This document shows positions 9,695 to 22,968 of a DNA stretch of 64,000 nucleotides, one piece after another; position 1 is the stretch's first letter, and every line of letters starts with the position of its first letter. The notes beneath the pieces are model-generated. The model did no database searches, was not told the DNA's origin, and saw only the letters and a program-made list of their open reading frames with translations. Both the position numbers and the translations under genes were made by a program. The DNA is from Thermoleophilaceae bacterium (GTDB taxonomy: Bacteria; Actinomycetota; Thermoleophilia; Solirubrobacterales; Thermoleophilaceae): assembly GCA_019683805.1 (NCBI GenBank), contig JADGHQ010000005.1, forward strand, positions 6,909-70,908. Reading direction: 5' to 3'.

Positions 9695-9783
9695 GGCGCC
9701 GGCCGAGCCGCCCGCGCGGGCGCCCCCGGCGCGCGGCGCGGACGGGCGGCGGCGGCCTCCGCCGGTGCTAGCGTCAGCTCGCG

Positions 9784-11790
9784 ATGCCGAGGTTCGAGGT
9801 CAACCCCGCCTACACGCCGGTCGCCGACCAGCCGAAGGCGACGCGCGAGCTCGCCGAGGGGATTCGCGCGGGGGAGCGCTTCCAGACGCTGCTCGGCGTG
9901 ACCGGCTCGGGCAAGACGGCGACGATGGCCTTCACGATCGAGCAGGTGCAGCGGCCCGCGCTCGTGATCGCCCACAACAAGACGCTCGCGGCCCAGCTCT
10001 GCAACGAGTTCCGCGAGCTGTTCCCCAACAACGCCGTCGAGTACTTCGTCTCCTACTACGACTACTACCAGCCCGAGGCGTACGTCCCGAGCCAGGACCT
10101 CTACATCGAGAAGGACTCGTCGATCAACGACGAGATCGACCGGCTGCGCCACTCCGCCACGGCGGCGCTGTTCGCGCGCCGGGACGTGATCATCGTCGCC
10201 AGCGTGTCGTGCATCTACAGCCTCGGCTCGCCGGAGAAGTACGACGCGCAGATGCTGACCCTGCGCAGGGGCGAGATGGTCGACCGCGACGCGGTGCTGC
10301 GCAAGCTCGTCGACATCCAGTACTCGCGCAACGACACCGTGCTCGGCCGCGGCGGCTTCCGCGTGCGTGGCGAGTCGCTCGAGATCTACCCGAGCTACGC
10401 GGAGTCGGCCTACCGCGCCGTGCTCTTCGGCGACGAGGTCGAGTCGCTCCAGCAGTTCGACCCGCTCACCGGCGAGGTGATGGCGGAGCTCGAGCACGTC
10501 GGCGTCTGGCCGGCGACCCACTACGCCACCGACCGCCAGACGATCGAGCGCGCGGTGGGGGAGATCCGCGAGGAGCTCGAGGCGCGTTGCAAGGAGCTCG
10601 AGTCGCAGGGCAAGCTGCTCGAGTCGCACCGCCTGCGCCAGCGCACGCAGTACGACATGGAGATGCTGCGCGAGCTAGGCTTCTGCAACGGCATCGAGAA
10701 CTACTCGCGCATCCTCGACGGCCGCCCGCCGGGCTCGCGGCCCTACTGCCTGCTCGACTACTTCCCCGACGACTTCGTCTGCTTCATCGACGAGTCGCAC
10801 CAGACCGTCCCGCAGATCGGGGGCATGTACGAGGGCGACCGCTCGCGCAAGCAGACGCTGGTCGACTACGGGTTCCGCCTGCCGAGCGCTCTCGACAACC
10901 GCCCGCAGACGTTCGACGAGTTCCTCGCGCGCACCCGCCAGATCGTGTTCGTGTCGGCCACGCCCGGCGAGTTCGAGCGCAGCCACTCGTCGCGGATCGT
11001 CGAGCAGATCGTGCGCCCGACCGGCATCGTCGATCCCGAGGTCGAGGTCCGCGAGACCAGGAACCAGATCGACGACCTCATGAACGAGATCAAGGCCAGG
11101 GCGGAGGAGGGCGAGCGCGCGCTCGTCACCACGCTCACGAAGAAGATGGCGGAGGACCTCACCGACTACCTGCTCGAGTACGGTTTCAGGGTCCGCTACC
11201 TGCACTCCGAGATCGACACGCTCGAGCGCATCCAGATCATCCGCGACCTGCGGCTCGGGGAGTTCGACGTGCTCGTGGGCGTGAACCTGCTGCGAGAGGG
11301 GCTCGACCTCCCGGAGGTCTCGCTCGTGGCGATCATCGACGCGGACAAGGAGGGCTTCCTCCGCGGCGAGACGTCGCTGATCCAGACGATCGGGCGCGCG
11401 GCGCGCAACGTCAACGGCAAGGTGATCATGTACGCGGACAAGGAGTCCGAGGCGATGCGCCGGGCGATCGGCGAGACCGAGCGCCGCCGCGCGATCCAGC
11501 TCGCGTACAACGAGGAGCACGGCATCACGCCGGCGACCGTGCAGAAGGGGATCTCCGACATCACCGACTTCCTCGCGCTCGAGTCGAAGGTCCCGCGCGG
11601 GCGCTCGAGCCGCCGGAAGGTCGACACCGGGCGCATGTCGCCCGAGGAGATCTCGAAGACGATCGTCGAGCTCGAGGAGGAGATGCTGCTCGCGGCCGAC
11701 GAGCTGCGCTTCGAGTACGCGGCGAAGCTGCGGGACGAGATCAAGCAGCTCAGGCACGAGCTGGAGGAGATCCAGGCCGCGGGCGCCTAG
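9784..11790 (+). CDS. uvrB: Excinuclease ABC subunit B
   Basis: 668 aa. It carries the Walker A motif GVTGSGKT, the DESH box, helicase motifs and the C-terminal UVR domain ([11 protein letters not shown]). Confidence 0.97.
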   Translation: MPRFEVNPAYTPVADQPKATRELAEGIRAGERFQTLLGVTGSGKTATMAFTIEQVQRPALVIAHNKTLAAQLCNEFRELFPNNAVEYFVSYYDYYQPEAYVPSQDLYIEKDSSINDEIDRLRHSATAALFARRDVIIVASVSCIYSLGSPEKYDAQMLTLRRGEMVDRDAVLRKLVDIQYSRNDTVLGRGGFRVRGESLEIYPSYAESAYRAVLFGDEVESLQQFDPLTGEVMAELEHVGVWPATHYATDRQTIERAVGEIREELEARCKELESQGKLLESHRLRQRTQYDMEMLRELGFCNGIENYSRILDGRPPGSRPYCLLDYFPDDFVCFIDESHQTVPQIGGMYEGDRSRKQTLVDYGFRLPSALDNRPQTFDEFLARTRQIVFVSATPGEFERSHSSRIVEQIVRPTGIVDPEVEVRETRNQIDDLMNEIKARAEEGERALVTTLTKKMAEDLTDYLLEYGFRVRYLHSEIDTLERIQIIRDLRLGEFDVLVGVNLLREGLDLPEVSLVAIIDADKEGFLRGETSLIQTIGRAARNVNGKVIMYADKESEAMRRAIGETERRRAIQLAYNEEHGITPATVQKGISDITDFLALESKVPRGRSSRRKVDTGRMSPEEISKTIVELEEEMLLAADELRFEYAAKLRDEIKQLRHELEEIQAAGA

Positions 11791-11830
11791 CCGGGGCGGC
11801 GGTTCGGTAGGCTCCCGCCGGTCAACCGAG

Positions 11831-12751
11831 GTGGGCAGGTTGGAACTCGACAGGCATCGCATCGAGCGCAAGGACTTCGAGATCGTGCGTCGGGGCTATG
11901 ACCCCGGCGAGGTGGACCTGCATCTGCGCGAGATCGCGGACGCGGTCGCGGAGCTCAAGGCCGAGCTCCGCTCGACGCCGGCCGGCGTCGCCGGGGCCGC
12001 CGCCGAGCACGTCAAGACGATCGTCGAAGCGGCGGAGAAGAGCGCCGCCGAGATCGAGGCGAAGGCGGAGGAGGAGGCGCGCCGCCTGCTCGACGACTCG
12101 GCGCGCATCGCGCGCGAGACGCGCGAGCGCGCCGACCGCGACTCCGCGGACCAGCTCCAGCGCGTGCAGGAGGCCGCGCGGGCGATGCTCGAGCGCGGCG
12201 ACGCGCTCGAGGAGCAGCTCGAGTCGATCGTCAGCGGGATCCAGTCCGCGGCGTCGGCGCTCGTCGAGGCGCTGCGGAACGGCGCGGGGGAGCTCGAGCG
12301 CGAGCTCGGCGAGCTGCGGCAGGGGCTGCTCGCGGCGCGCCCGATCCACGCGAGCGGCGCCCGCCGCGCGGGCGGCGGCGGAGCGCAGGAGGGCGCCGCC
12401 GAGGAGGCGCCCGGCGAGCGCGCGGGGCGCTCCTCTGCCGCCGCGGCCGCGAACGGGCTGGCTGCCGGCTCGGCGGACGAGCCCGAGGCCCGCGGCGAGG
12501 TCGAGGGGGACCGGGCCGAGCGCGGGGCCGCGCCGGCCGAGCCCGTCGCAGGCGCCCCCGCCGGCGTCGACGAGCCCCAGGAGGCCGGGGCGGGCGGCGG
12601 CGCGGAGGGCGCGCGGCTGATCGCGCTCAACATGGCGCTCAACGGCACGCCCCGCGAGGAGGCGGCCCGCTACCTGGCCGACAACTTCGATCTCGAGGAT
12701 CGGGACGCGATCCTCGACGACGTCTACTCGCGCGTCGGCGGCCGCGGCTAG
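11831..12751 (+). CDS. DivIVA domain-containing protein with a long Ala/Glu/Arg coiled-coil and a small C-terminal domain
   Basis: The N-terminus [26 protein letters not shown] is the DivIVA-domain signature. The rest is low-complexity. Confidence 0.7.
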   Translation: MGRLELDRHRIERKDFEIVRRGYDPGEVDLHLREIADAVAELKAELRSTPAGVAGAAAEHVKTIVEAAEKSAAEIEAKAEEEARRLLDDSARIARETRERADRDSADQLQRVQEAARAMLERGDALEEQLESIVSGIQSAASALVEALRNGAGELERELGELRQGLLAARPIHASGARRAGGGGAQEGAAEEAPGERAGRSSAAAAANGLAAGSADEPEARGEVEGDRAERGAAPAEPVAGAPAGVDEPQEAGAGGGAEGARLIALNMALNGTPREEAARYLADNFDLEDRDAILDDVYSRVGGRG

Positions 12752-12838
12752 CCGGCGGAATTCAGCCCTCGACAGGCCCGCGGCCAGCGGCGGGCGTGCA
12801 TGCCTGGCCGCCGCGGCGCATCGCACGGCGGAGAGAAC

Positions 12839-12852
12839 CGAACACGTGTTCC
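12839..12852. promoter_or_regulatory. LexA operator (SOS/Cheo box) CGAACACGTGTTCC upstream of uvrA
   Basis: The site matches the Gram-positive/actinobacterial consensus CGAACRNRYGTTYC at every position. It lies 29 nt upstream of the uvrA start. Confidence 0.75.
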
Positions 12853-12867
12853 CTCCGACCCCGTCCC

Positions 12868-12873
12868 TAGAAT
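12868..12873 (+). promoter_or_regulatory. Candidate -10 hexamer TAGAAT for uvrA, 7 nt from the GTG (leaderless arrangement)
   Basis: A TANNNT box lies 7 nt upstream of the GTG at 12881, and no SD sits between them. Confidence 0.45.
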
Positions 12874-12880
12874 CGACCCG

Positions 12881-15781
<2,901 letters not shown>

Positions 15782-15821
15782 GCGGGCGGCGCGCCGCACT
15801 GTCTGGAAAGCTCTGCCGGCA

Positions 15822-16436
15822 ATGGGCGGCCTCGGCTCCGACGCGCTCCTCTGGTACCGCAAGTGGCGCTGGTACGAGCGCAACGCCGTGCCGTGGAATC
15901 GCGCTCGGATTCACTGGCACATGCTCAGGCGGCGCGCGTTCATCCGCTTCCCGGTGCACGGCAACGTGCTGGAGTGCCTCGACGACGGCCGCCTCGAGAT
16001 CGGCCCTCACACGCTGCTCGAGCCGGGCTGCTGGATCACGATCGCCGAGAGCGGGCGCGTCCGGATCGGCGAGGGCTGCTTCCTCAACCTGGGCACGATG
16101 CTCGCCGCGCTCGACTCGATCGAGATCGGCGACCACACGATGTTCGCCAACCACTGCTTCGTGGGCGACGCCGCGCACCGCTACGACGACCCCACGCGCC
16201 CGATCACCTGGCAAGGCTTCACCTCGAAGGGGCCGGTCAGGATCGGCTCGAACTGCTGGTTCGGCGTGAACTGCGTCGTCACGAGCGGCGTGACCGTGGG
16301 CGACCGCTGCGTGATCGGCGCCAACTCGGTCGTGACGAGCGACCTGCCGGCGGGCGTGGTCGCGGCGGGCGCGCCCGCGCGCGTCATCAGGCAGATCGGG
16401 TTCTCGACGCCGGGGGACCTGCCGGCAGCGGACTGA
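15822..16436 (+). CDS. Left-handed beta-helix (hexapeptide-repeat) acyl/acetyltransferase
   Basis: 204 aa with hexapeptide repeats (IGDHTMFANHCFVGD, IGSNCWFGVNCVVTSGVTVGDRCVIGANSVV). Confidence 0.7.
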   Translation: MGGLGSDALLWYRKWRWYERNAVPWNRARIHWHMLRRRAFIRFPVHGNVLECLDDGRLEIGPHTLLEPGCWITIAESGRVRIGEGCFLNLGTMLAALDSIEIGDHTMFANHCFVGDAAHRYDDPTRPITWQGFTSKGPVRIGSNCWFGVNCVVTSGVTVGDRCVIGANSVVTSDLPAGVVAAGAPARVIRQIGFSTPGDLPAAD

Positions 16437-16889
16437 TCCCCGGCCGGTCCGCGTGGCGCGGCGCCCGGCGGCCGGACGACCGCCGCGCGCCGCGGCCCGA
16501 CCGCTAGCGGAAGGCGATCCCGCTGCGGGAAAGCGTCCGGTTGCCGAGCGCGTCAGACCGCGCCTGCGCACCACGGCCTGCGGGGTCGAGCTGTCGCTCG
16601 CCGGCGTGAACGTCGAGGACGCGAGCTGCGGCGCGGCGCCGGGCAGCGTGGTCGTCGCAGCCAGGTGGAAGCTCGCCGACGGGTCCTGCGATCCGGCGAA
16701 CCTCGCGGTGAACGTGTCGCGAGCCGCGGTCACCGCCGCGGGCGGGACGATCCCGAGATCGCGCGTGGGCGCGCTCAGATCGGTTCCGACCGTGCGGGGC
16801 GGGCCGCGGACGAGACTGGGAGGGATGAATCCTGGGCCCCTCCGCGTCCCCGTCGGTACCGCACCGAAAGCGAGAACGAAGGAGCTGGA

Positions 16890-17396
16890 ATGCGAGTCGA
16901 GCGAGCACTTGTCGCGCTGGCGGCGGTGGGAGCGCTGGTGGCGGCCGGCTGCGGCGGCGAGAGCCGGTCGTCATCCACGGGGACCACGCCGCAGGGGACC
17001 TCGACGGAGCCGGCGGCGCCGACCGGGAAGCCCACCGCTACCGTCGAAGTGACCGAGACCGACTTCAAGCTCGACCCGTCGAACCCCACCGTGAAGGCGG
17101 GCGTCGTGGATCTCAAGGTGAAGAACGACGGCAAGACGGCCCACAACCTCGAGGTCGAGGGGCCCGGGGGCGAGGTCCGCCTGCCGAACGACCTTCAGCC
17201 CGGCGACTCGGGCGTGGTGAAGGTGGACGTGTCGAAGCCCGGCAAGTACGAGTTCTACTGCCCCGTGGACGGCCACAAGGGCCTCGGCATGAAGGGCACG
17301 GTCACGGTGACGAAGGGCGGCACCGCCTCCTCCCAGGGATCCGGCGCGAGCGGCGGCGCGTCCGCGACGCAGACGGAGCGCGGCTACGGCTACTGA
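16890..17396 (+). CDS. Cupredoxin-fold (plastocyanin/azurin-like) copper-binding lipoprotein
   Basis: The SD AAGGAG lies upstream. The signal peptide has the lipobox LVAAGC. The type-1 Cu ligand pattern is H-N-L...C-P-V-D-G-H...M (YEFYCPVDGHKGLGM). Confidence 0.75.
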   Translation: MRVERALVALAAVGALVAAGCGGESRSSSTGTTPQGTSTEPAAPTGKPTATVEVTETDFKLDPSNPTVKAGVVDLKVKNDGKTAHNLEVEGPGGEVRLPNDLQPGDSGVVKVDVSKPGKYEFYCPVDGHKGLGMKGTVTVTKGGTASSQGSGASGGASATQTERGYGY

Positions 17397-17455
17397 GAGG
17401 CGGCGCGTCGCGGGCGCGCGGCCGGCGGCGTCCCGGGGGGCCCCGGCCCCGGCCC

Positions 17456-17489
17456 GGGGGGGGGGGGGGGGGGGGGGGGCGGGGGGGGG
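17456..17489. repeat. Homopolymer tract G24-C-G9, flanked by further G/C runs
   Basis: Counted directly: G at 17456-17479, C at 17480, G at 17481-17489. The tract is intergenic, between the convergent cupredoxin and panB genes. Confidence 0.95.
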
Positions 17490-17520
17490 CCGGGCGGGCG
17501 CGGGGACGCCGCTCGGCGGC

Positions 17521-18432
17521 CTATGCGTGCGCCCGGTCCGCCGCGAGGCGCGAGACGAGCCCGCGCAGGCGCGCGACCTCGTCCGGGGCCATCGTGTAGC
17601 CGTGCTCGGGCTCGGGGTAGCGGCGCTCGCGCACCTCGCGCGCGAACGCCTCGACGCCCTCGATCATCGCCTGGCGCACGTCGCCGTAGCGCTTGACGAA
17701 GCGCGCGGCGTGCCCGTCGTAGATGCCGAGCAGGTCGTGGAACACGAGCACCTGGCCGTCGGTGGCGGGGCCCGCCCCGATGCCGATCACCGGCACCTCG
17801 ATCAGGGGCATGACGAGCTCGGTGAACTCGCTCGGCACCGCCTCGAAGACGATCGCGAAGCAGCCGGCCTCCTGCAGCGCGAGCGCGTCCTCGAGCACCT
17901 GCATGGCGCGCTCCGCCGTGCGGCCCTGGGAGCGGTAGCCGCCGAGCGCGGTCGCCGTCTGCGGCGTGAGCCCGACGTGCCCCATCACCGGGATGCCGGC
18001 GTCGACGATCGCCTTGGCGCGCGCCGCGCACACGCCTCCGCGCTCGAGCTTGACGGCGTCGCAGCCGGCATCCTTGACGAACCGCTGCGCCGTGGCGATG
18101 GCCTGCTCGTCGGACGCCTCGTAGGATCCGAACGGCAGGTCCCCCACGAGCAACGGCGTCGACAGCCCGCGGCGGGCAGCGGCGGAGAGCATCAGCATCT
18201 CCTCGAGCGACACCGGCACGGTGCTCGGATAGCCGAGCACCGTCATGGCGCCGGAGTCGCCGACCAGCACCAGGTCCACGCCGGCCTCCTCGGCCACCTG
18301 GGCGCTCGGGTAGTCGTAGGCGGTGACCATCACGATCGGCTCGCCGAGCGCCTTCTTCTCGGCGAGGCTCGAGAGCGTGACCGCCTTCCGCTTCGCGGGA
18401 GGCGCCGGGGTGACGCGCGAACCGGCGCTCAT
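17521..18432 (-). CDS. panB: 3-methyl-2-oxobutanoate hydroxymethyltransferase
   Basis: 303 aa with typical PanB blocks ([16 protein letters not shown]...G, GAD.VKLE). Confidence 0.93.
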   Translation of the reverse strand: MSAGSRVTPAPPAKRKAVTLSSLAEKKALGEPIVMVTAYDYPSAQVAEEAGVDLVLVGDSGAMTVLGYPSTVPVSLEEMLMLSAAARRGLSTPLLVGDLPFGSYEASDEQAIATAQRFVKDAGCDAVKLERGGVCAARAKAIVDAGIPVMGHVGLTPQTATALGGYRSQGRTAERAMQVLEDALALQEAGCFAIVFEAVPSEFTELVMPLIEVPVIGIGAGPATDGQVLVFHDLLGIYDGHAARFVKRYGDVRQAMIEGVEAFAREVRERRYPEPEHGYTMAPDEVARLRGLVSRLAADRAHA

Positions 18433-18809
18433 GACACGAGCTCCGCGACGGCGTCGTCGATCTGGATGATCTCGTTGTGGGCGTTCACGTGCACCACCTT
18501 CGGCTCGTAGTCCTCGAGCTCTCGCTCGTCGTATGCGGCGTACGAGACGACGATCACGGTGTCGCCCGTGTGGACGAGCCGCGCCGCCGCGCCGTTCACC
18601 TTGATCTCGCCGGAGCCGCGCTCGCCGGCGATGGTGTAGGTCTCGAAGCGGGCGCCGTTGTCGACGTCGAGCACGTGCACCAGCTCGTGCTCGAGGATGT
18701 CGGCGGCCTCGAGGAGGTCGCGGTCGATGGTGATCGACCCCACGTAGTGGAGATCGCTCGCCGTGATCCGCGCGCGGTGGATCTTCGACTTCAGCATCTG
18801 CCTTCTCAT
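18429..18809 (-). CDS. panD: Aspartate 1-decarboxylase
   Basis: Start set at the ATG at 18809, which overlaps the panC stop (ATGA) and follows an [23 protein letters not shown] aligns with the canonical PanD N-terminus. The self-processing site YVGSITID is present. Confidence 0.92.
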   Translation of the reverse strand: MRRQMLKSKIHRARITASDLHYVGSITIDRDLLEAADILEHELVHVLDVDNGARFETYTIAGERGSGEIKVNGAAARLVHTGDTVIVVSYAAYDERELEDYEPKVVHVNAHNEIIQIDDAVAELVS

Positions 18810-19651
18810 GCGCCTCCCAGGAGGGTGTTGTCGATGAGCCGTGCGCGGCCGATGCACGCCGCCACGGCGAGCAGGGTCGAGCCGTTGACGCGCTCGACGG
18901 GCGATAGGTCCTCCGTGGAGCGGAGCTCCAGGTACTCGGGGTCGACCCCGGCCTTCGCGAGCTCGGCGCGCGCCGCGGCGAGGACGTCGTCTGCGTCCAG
19001 GCGCCCGGCGGCCACCGCCTCCTCCGCGGCCCGCAGCGCGCGGCTGAGCGCCAGCGCGCGCTCGCGGTCCGCGGGGCTGAGGTAGGCGTTGCGCGAGCTC
19101 ATCGCAAGCCCGTCCGGCTCCCGCACCGTGGGGCGGACCTCGATCCGCACCGGCATGTCGAGGTCCCTCGCCAGCTTGCGCAGGACGATCGCCTGCTGCG
19201 CGTCCTTCTGGCCGAAGTACGCCGCGTCCGGCTGGGTCATGTTGAAGAGCTTCGTCACCACGGTCGTGACGCCGCGGAAGTGCTCGGGCCCGCGCCGGGC
19301 GGGGTCGCCGCAGAGCACCTCGGTCAGCCCGTGCACCTCCACGCTCGTGGCGAACCCGGGGGGGTAGACCTCCTCGACCGGCGGGGCGAACAGGATGTCC
19401 GCGCCCGCCTGCTCGGCGAGCCGCGCGTCGCGCGCCTCGTCGCGCGGGTAGGAGTCGAAGTCCTCGCCCGGTCGGAACTGCGCCGGGTTGACGAAGACCG
19501 ACACGACCACGGTGGCGTTCTGCTCGCGCGCGCTGCGGATGAGCGAGAGGTGGCCCTCGTGGAGCGCTCCCATCGTGGGCACGAGGCCGACCGGCCGCTC
19601 GGAGGAGCGGACCGCCGCGCGCAGGTCGGTGACCGTCCGCACGATCCTCAT
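18806..19651 (-). CDS. panC: Pantoate--beta-alanine ligase
   Basis: 281 aa with [10 protein letters not shown] and FGQKD motifs. Confidence 0.93.
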   Translation of the reverse strand: MRIVRTVTDLRAAVRSSERPVGLVPTMGALHEGHLSLIRSAREQNATVVVSVFVNPAQFRPGEDFDSYPRDEARDARLAEQAGADILFAPPVEEVYPPGFATSVEVHGLTEVLCGDPARRGPEHFRGVTTVVTKLFNMTQPDAAYFGQKDAQQAIVLRKLARDLDMPVRIEVRPTVREPDGLAMSSRNAYLSPADRERALALSRALRAAEEAVAAGRLDADDVLAAARAELAKAGVDPEYLELRSTEDLSPVERVNGSTLLAVAACIGRARLIDNTLLGGA

Positions 19652-20463
19652 CGCGCGCCCTCCGCGGCGTGGGGCGTGCGCGGCGCCGCGAGCGACCGCG
19701 CGCTCTCCGCGAGCGCGTCGAACAGTGGCAGGAGCTCCGGCGCCTGCGCCCGCACGGCGGCGCGCTGCTTCGCCACCGTGAGCTCGTCTCCGCGCGCCAC
19801 CGGGCCGGTCAGCGCCCGCTCCGGGCCGAGCTCGACCCAGTTCTCAACGGTGGCGCGGACGAGCGGCGCGAGCAGTGCGCGCGCCTCGGCGGGTGAGAGC
19901 CCGGCGCCGCCGGCCACCCGCTCCGCGGTCGCCTCGAGCGCCACCAGGAAGTTCGAGGCGATCGAGGCCGCCGCGTGGTAGGCCGCGCGGCGCTCCTCCT
20001 CGAGCTCGAAGGGCCGCATCCCGAGCGAGAGCGCGAGCCCGCGCGCCGCCTCGAGCGCGGCGGGCGTCGTGCCCGCCACCGCGCAGCCCGCGCCCCTGAA
20101 GCGCGCCGGCGAGCGCTCGCCCTCCGCGCCGCTGAAGGTCTGGAGCGGGTGCAAGCCGAGGCCGTCGGCCCCCGCCGCGAGCGCCGGCTCGAGCGCCGCC
20201 AGCGGCGTCGCGCCGCTCGTGTGCCCGACGAGCGGGGCGCAACCCGCGACGGCTGCGGCCGCGGCGGGGATCTCCCCGTCCGGGACGCACAGCAGCACCC
20301 CGTCGCCCTCGGCGCGCTCGCCGCGCCCGAGCGGCCCGACCACGTCGCGTCCCGCGGCGCGCAGCGCGCATGCGAGGGCGCGGCCGAGCCGGCCGGGGCC
20401 GACCACGACGACCCGCCGCGGAGCCGGCGGTCCGGGGTGCGCTTGGCTGCGGGGGGCGCTCAT
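19648..20463 (-). CDS. Rossmann-fold NAD(P)-binding protein with DUF2520-type C-terminal domain (possible ketopantoate reductase surrogate)
   Basis: The ATG at 20463 gives MSAPRS...[13 protein letters not shown]. The gene is translationally coupled to panC. The C-terminal half ([13 protein letters not shown]...LTGPVARGD) resembles DUF2520. Confidence 0.6.
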   Translation of the reverse strand: MSAPRSQAHPGPPAPRRVVVVGPGRLGRALACALRAAGRDVVGPLGRGERAEGDGVLLCVPDGEIPAAAAAVAGCAPLVGHTSGATPLAALEPALAAGADGLGLHPLQTFSGAEGERSPARFRGAGCAVAGTTPAALEAARGLALSLGMRPFELEEERRAAYHAAASIASNFLVALEATAERVAGGAGLSPAEARALLAPLVRATVENWVELGPERALTGPVARGDELTVAKQRAAVRAQAPELLPLFDALAESARSLAAPRTPHAAEGAR

Positions 20464-20628
20464 GTGGCTCCAGTTCTCGGTGCGAGATACCGGGCGGTAC
20501 TGGGAATGCTCAGCGGTGGGTGTCGGGTCCGCTCGCCACCCGGCGTAGCGGCCGACGCGAAGGATAGCCCCCGCGCCGCGGTGGCCGCGCCGCGTCCATC
20601 CGCGCATCCGCGTACCCTGCCCGCCGCG

Positions 20629-21318
20629 ATGGGAGCTTCCGCGCCGCAGCGCAGGGCCGAGCTCGTCGAGCGCTTCAGGGAGCTGAAGGACTGCCGCCGC
20701 TGCGCGCTGGCGGCCACACGCACCAACGTCGTCTTCGGCGCGGGCAACGCCGACGCGGACCTGATGTTCGTCGGCGAGGCGCCGGGGTTCCACGAGGACC
20801 GCCAGGGCCGCCCGTTCGTCGGCGCCGCCGGGAAGCTCCTCGACAAGCTGCTCGCCGAGGTGGGGCTCGACCGCGAGCGCGACACCTTCATCGCCAACGT
20901 CCTGAAGTGCAGGCCGCCGAACAACCGCGACCCGCTGCCGGAGGAGATCGAGGCCTGCAAGCCATTCCTGCTCGAGCAGGTCCGCCTGATCGAGCCGCGC
21001 GTGATCTGCACGCTCGGCCGCTTCGCCACGACCTGCATCAGCGGGCGCCCCGAGGGGATCACGAAGCTGCGCGGCCGGCCGATGGCCGTGGAGGTCGCCG
21101 GCCTGCCGGTCACGGTCTACCCGATCTACCACCCCGCCGCGGGGCTGCGCAGCGGCGCGATGCTGACCCGGCTGCGCGAGGACTTCCAGCGCCTGCCGGA
21201 GCTGCTCGCGGCGGCGCGGCCGACAGCCGTCAGTGGGCCTGCGGCAGGGCCCTCGGAGGCCGGCACGGAGTCCGCGCCCGCGGCGCCGGAGCCCGCCCAG
21301 CTCGGCCTCTTCGGGTAG
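20629..21318 (+). CDS. Uracil-DNA glycosylase, family 4 (Fe-S type)
   Basis: It carries C..C (CRRCAL), GEAPG..ED, the C-x..-C pair (KCRPP...ACKPFL) and a HP motif near the C-terminus. Confidence 0.85.
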   Translation: MGASAPQRRAELVERFRELKDCRRCALAATRTNVVFGAGNADADLMFVGEAPGFHEDRQGRPFVGAAGKLLDKLLAEVGLDRERDTFIANVLKCRPPNNRDPLPEEIEACKPFLLEQVRLIEPRVICTLGRFATTCISGRPEGITKLRGRPMAVEVAGLPVTVYPIYHPAAGLRSGAMLTRLREDFQRLPELLAAARPTAVSGPAAGPSEAGTESAPAAPEPAQLGLFG

Positions 21319-21350
21319 CCCGGCCGGCGGAGCGGGCAGACTTCCGCTCC

Positions 21351-21764
21351 ATGCGGATCGAGGCGTCGACCCCTGCGGAGACCGAGGCGGCGGGCGCGCG
21401 GCTCGCGCGCCGGCTCGGCCCGGGCGACGTCGTGCTCGTGTCGGGCGAGCTCGGTGTCGGCAAGACGACGTTCGTGCGCGGCGCCTGCCGCGAGCTCGGC
21501 GTGTCCGAGGCTGTGACGAGCCCGACCTTCACGATCGGCCAGGTCTACGGCGGACGCGTCGAGGTCGCGCACCTCGACCTCTACCGGCTCGCGAGCCTGG
21601 ACGGGGAGGACCCCGCGCTGCTCGACGACTACCTGACGCCGGACCGGATCGCCTTCATCGAATGGCCGGCGGCGGCCGAGCCGCGGCTCGAGCGGGTGCG
21701 CGCGAACGTCCGCATGGAGCACCTGGGCGGGGACCGGCGCGCGATCGAGATCGACGGGCCGTGA
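21351..21764 (+). CDS. tsaE: tRNA t6A37 biosynthesis ATPase TsaE
   Basis: It has the Walker A motif GELGVGKTTF, then SPTF.I and HLDLYR motifs. Confidence 0.9.
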   Translation: MRIEASTPAETEAAGARLARRLGPGDVVLVSGELGVGKTTFVRGACRELGVSEAVTSPTFTIGQVYGGRVEVAHLDLYRLASLDGEDPALLDDYLTPDRIAFIEWPAAAEPRLERVRANVRMEHLGGDRRAIEIDGP

Positions 21765-22441
21765 ACGTCCTCGGCTTCGACACCTCCACCGCCGCGACGA
21801 GCGCCTGCGTGCTGCGCTCCGACGGCGAGGCGTTCGAGGTCGCGCCCCCGGTGGAGGCGCTCGCCGCTCCCCCCGTCCACGCGCGCGAGCTGCTGCCCGC
21901 GGTCGCCCGCTGCCTCGAGCGCGCGTGCCTCGGCTTCGCCGACCTCGACGCGATCGCGGTCGGCACCGGGCCGGGCACCTTCACCGGGCTGCGGATCGGG
22001 ATCGCGACCGCGCGCGCGCTCGCGGGCGCGAGCGGCGCCGAGCTGCGGCCCGTGTCGAGCCTCACGGCGCTCGCGGCGGGGATCGAGGCGCCGCTGCGGC
22101 TCGCGCTGATCGACGCCAAGCGCGGCGAGCTCTTCGCCGCGCTCCACGACGAGCGCGGCGTGCGGATCCCGCCGCTCGCCGCGCGCCCCGAGGGCCTGCT
22201 CGAGCGGCTGCGCGCGGAGGGGCTGCTCGGCGCCGAGGGCCTGCTGGCCGCCGGAGACGGGTCGCTACGATTCCGGGAGGTGCTGGAGGCGGCCGGCGTG
22301 CCGGTCGCAGAGCCCGGCTCCGCGTCCCACGTGGTGCGCTCCCTGCACCTCTGCCGGCTGGCGCTCGACGCCGAGCCCACGCCGCCCGAGGCCGTGCTGC
22401 CCGACTACCTGCGACCCCCGGACGCGAAGCCACAGAGTTGA
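21761..22441 (+). CDS. tsaB: tRNA t6A37 biosynthesis protein TsaB
   Basis: The GTG start overlaps the tsaE stop. The N-terminus is VLGFDTST and GPGTFTGLRIG is present. Confidence 0.88.
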   Translation: MNVLGFDTSTAATSACVLRSDGEAFEVAPPVEALAAPPVHARELLPAVARCLERACLGFADLDAIAVGTGPGTFTGLRIGIATARALAGASGAELRPVSSLTALAAGIEAPLRLALIDAKRGELFAALHDERGVRIPPLAARPEGLLERLRAEGLLGAEGLLAAGDGSLRFREVLEAAGVPVAEPGSASHVVRSLHLCRLALDAEPTPPEAVLPDYLRPPDAKPQS

Positions 22442-22968
22442 GCCAGAGCCCCCAGATCAGGCGACTCAGCTACTCCGACCTGCCGCAGGTGATGTCGATC
22501 GAGCGCGGCTCCTTCCCGACGCCGTGGTCGCTCGCGATGTTCGTGCTCGAGCTGTCCAAGCCGTCCGGCATCTCCCTCGCCGCGGTCCACGACGGCCGCG
22601 TCGCCGGCTACCTGATCTGCTCGCGCTACGACACCGTCTGGCACGTGATGAACGTGGCGGTGGACCGCCGGCATCGCCGCAAGGGCATCGCCACGGCGCT
22701 GCTCGCCCGCCTGTTCGAGATCGCCGACCGCCCGGGCGAGCAGTACACGCTCGAGGTGCGGGTGTCGAACCAGGCGGCGATCTCGCTGTACGAGCGCTTC
22801 GGGTTCCGCGGCGCGGGCGTCCGCCGCGGCTACTACCACGACAACAGGGAAGACGCGCTCATCATGTGGCGGACCGCCGAGGCGGCCGCCGCTTCCTGCG
22901 AGCGGGAGAGCGCGCCCGTCCGCAAGGCGGGCAGCGACGGGCTGGGCGCGAGCGCCGCACCAGCGTGA
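22438..22968 (+). CDS. rimI: Ribosomal-protein-alanine N-acetyltransferase (GNAT)
   Basis: The TTG start overlaps the tsaB stop. The GNAT core is VAVDRRHRRKGIATALL with the RimI-type YY......DAL.M tail. The gene sits between tsaB and tsaD. Confidence 0.8.
   Translation: MSQSPQIRRLSYSDLPQVMSIERGSFPTPWSLAMFVLELSKPSGISLAAVHDGRVAGYLICSRYDTVWHVMNVAVDRRHRRKGIATALLARLFEIADRPGEQYTLEVRVSNQAAISLYERFGFRGAGVRRGYYHDNREDALIMWRTAEAAAASCERESAPVRKAGSDGLGASAAPA

Noticed and set aside
17390-18031. A track ORF translating the poly-G tract as a poly-proline C-terminus (…PPPPPPPPPPPPGPGPGPPG…).
   Set aside because: It lies antisense-overlapped with the well-supported panB gene and is low-complexity throughout. 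The tract is better treated as intergenic.
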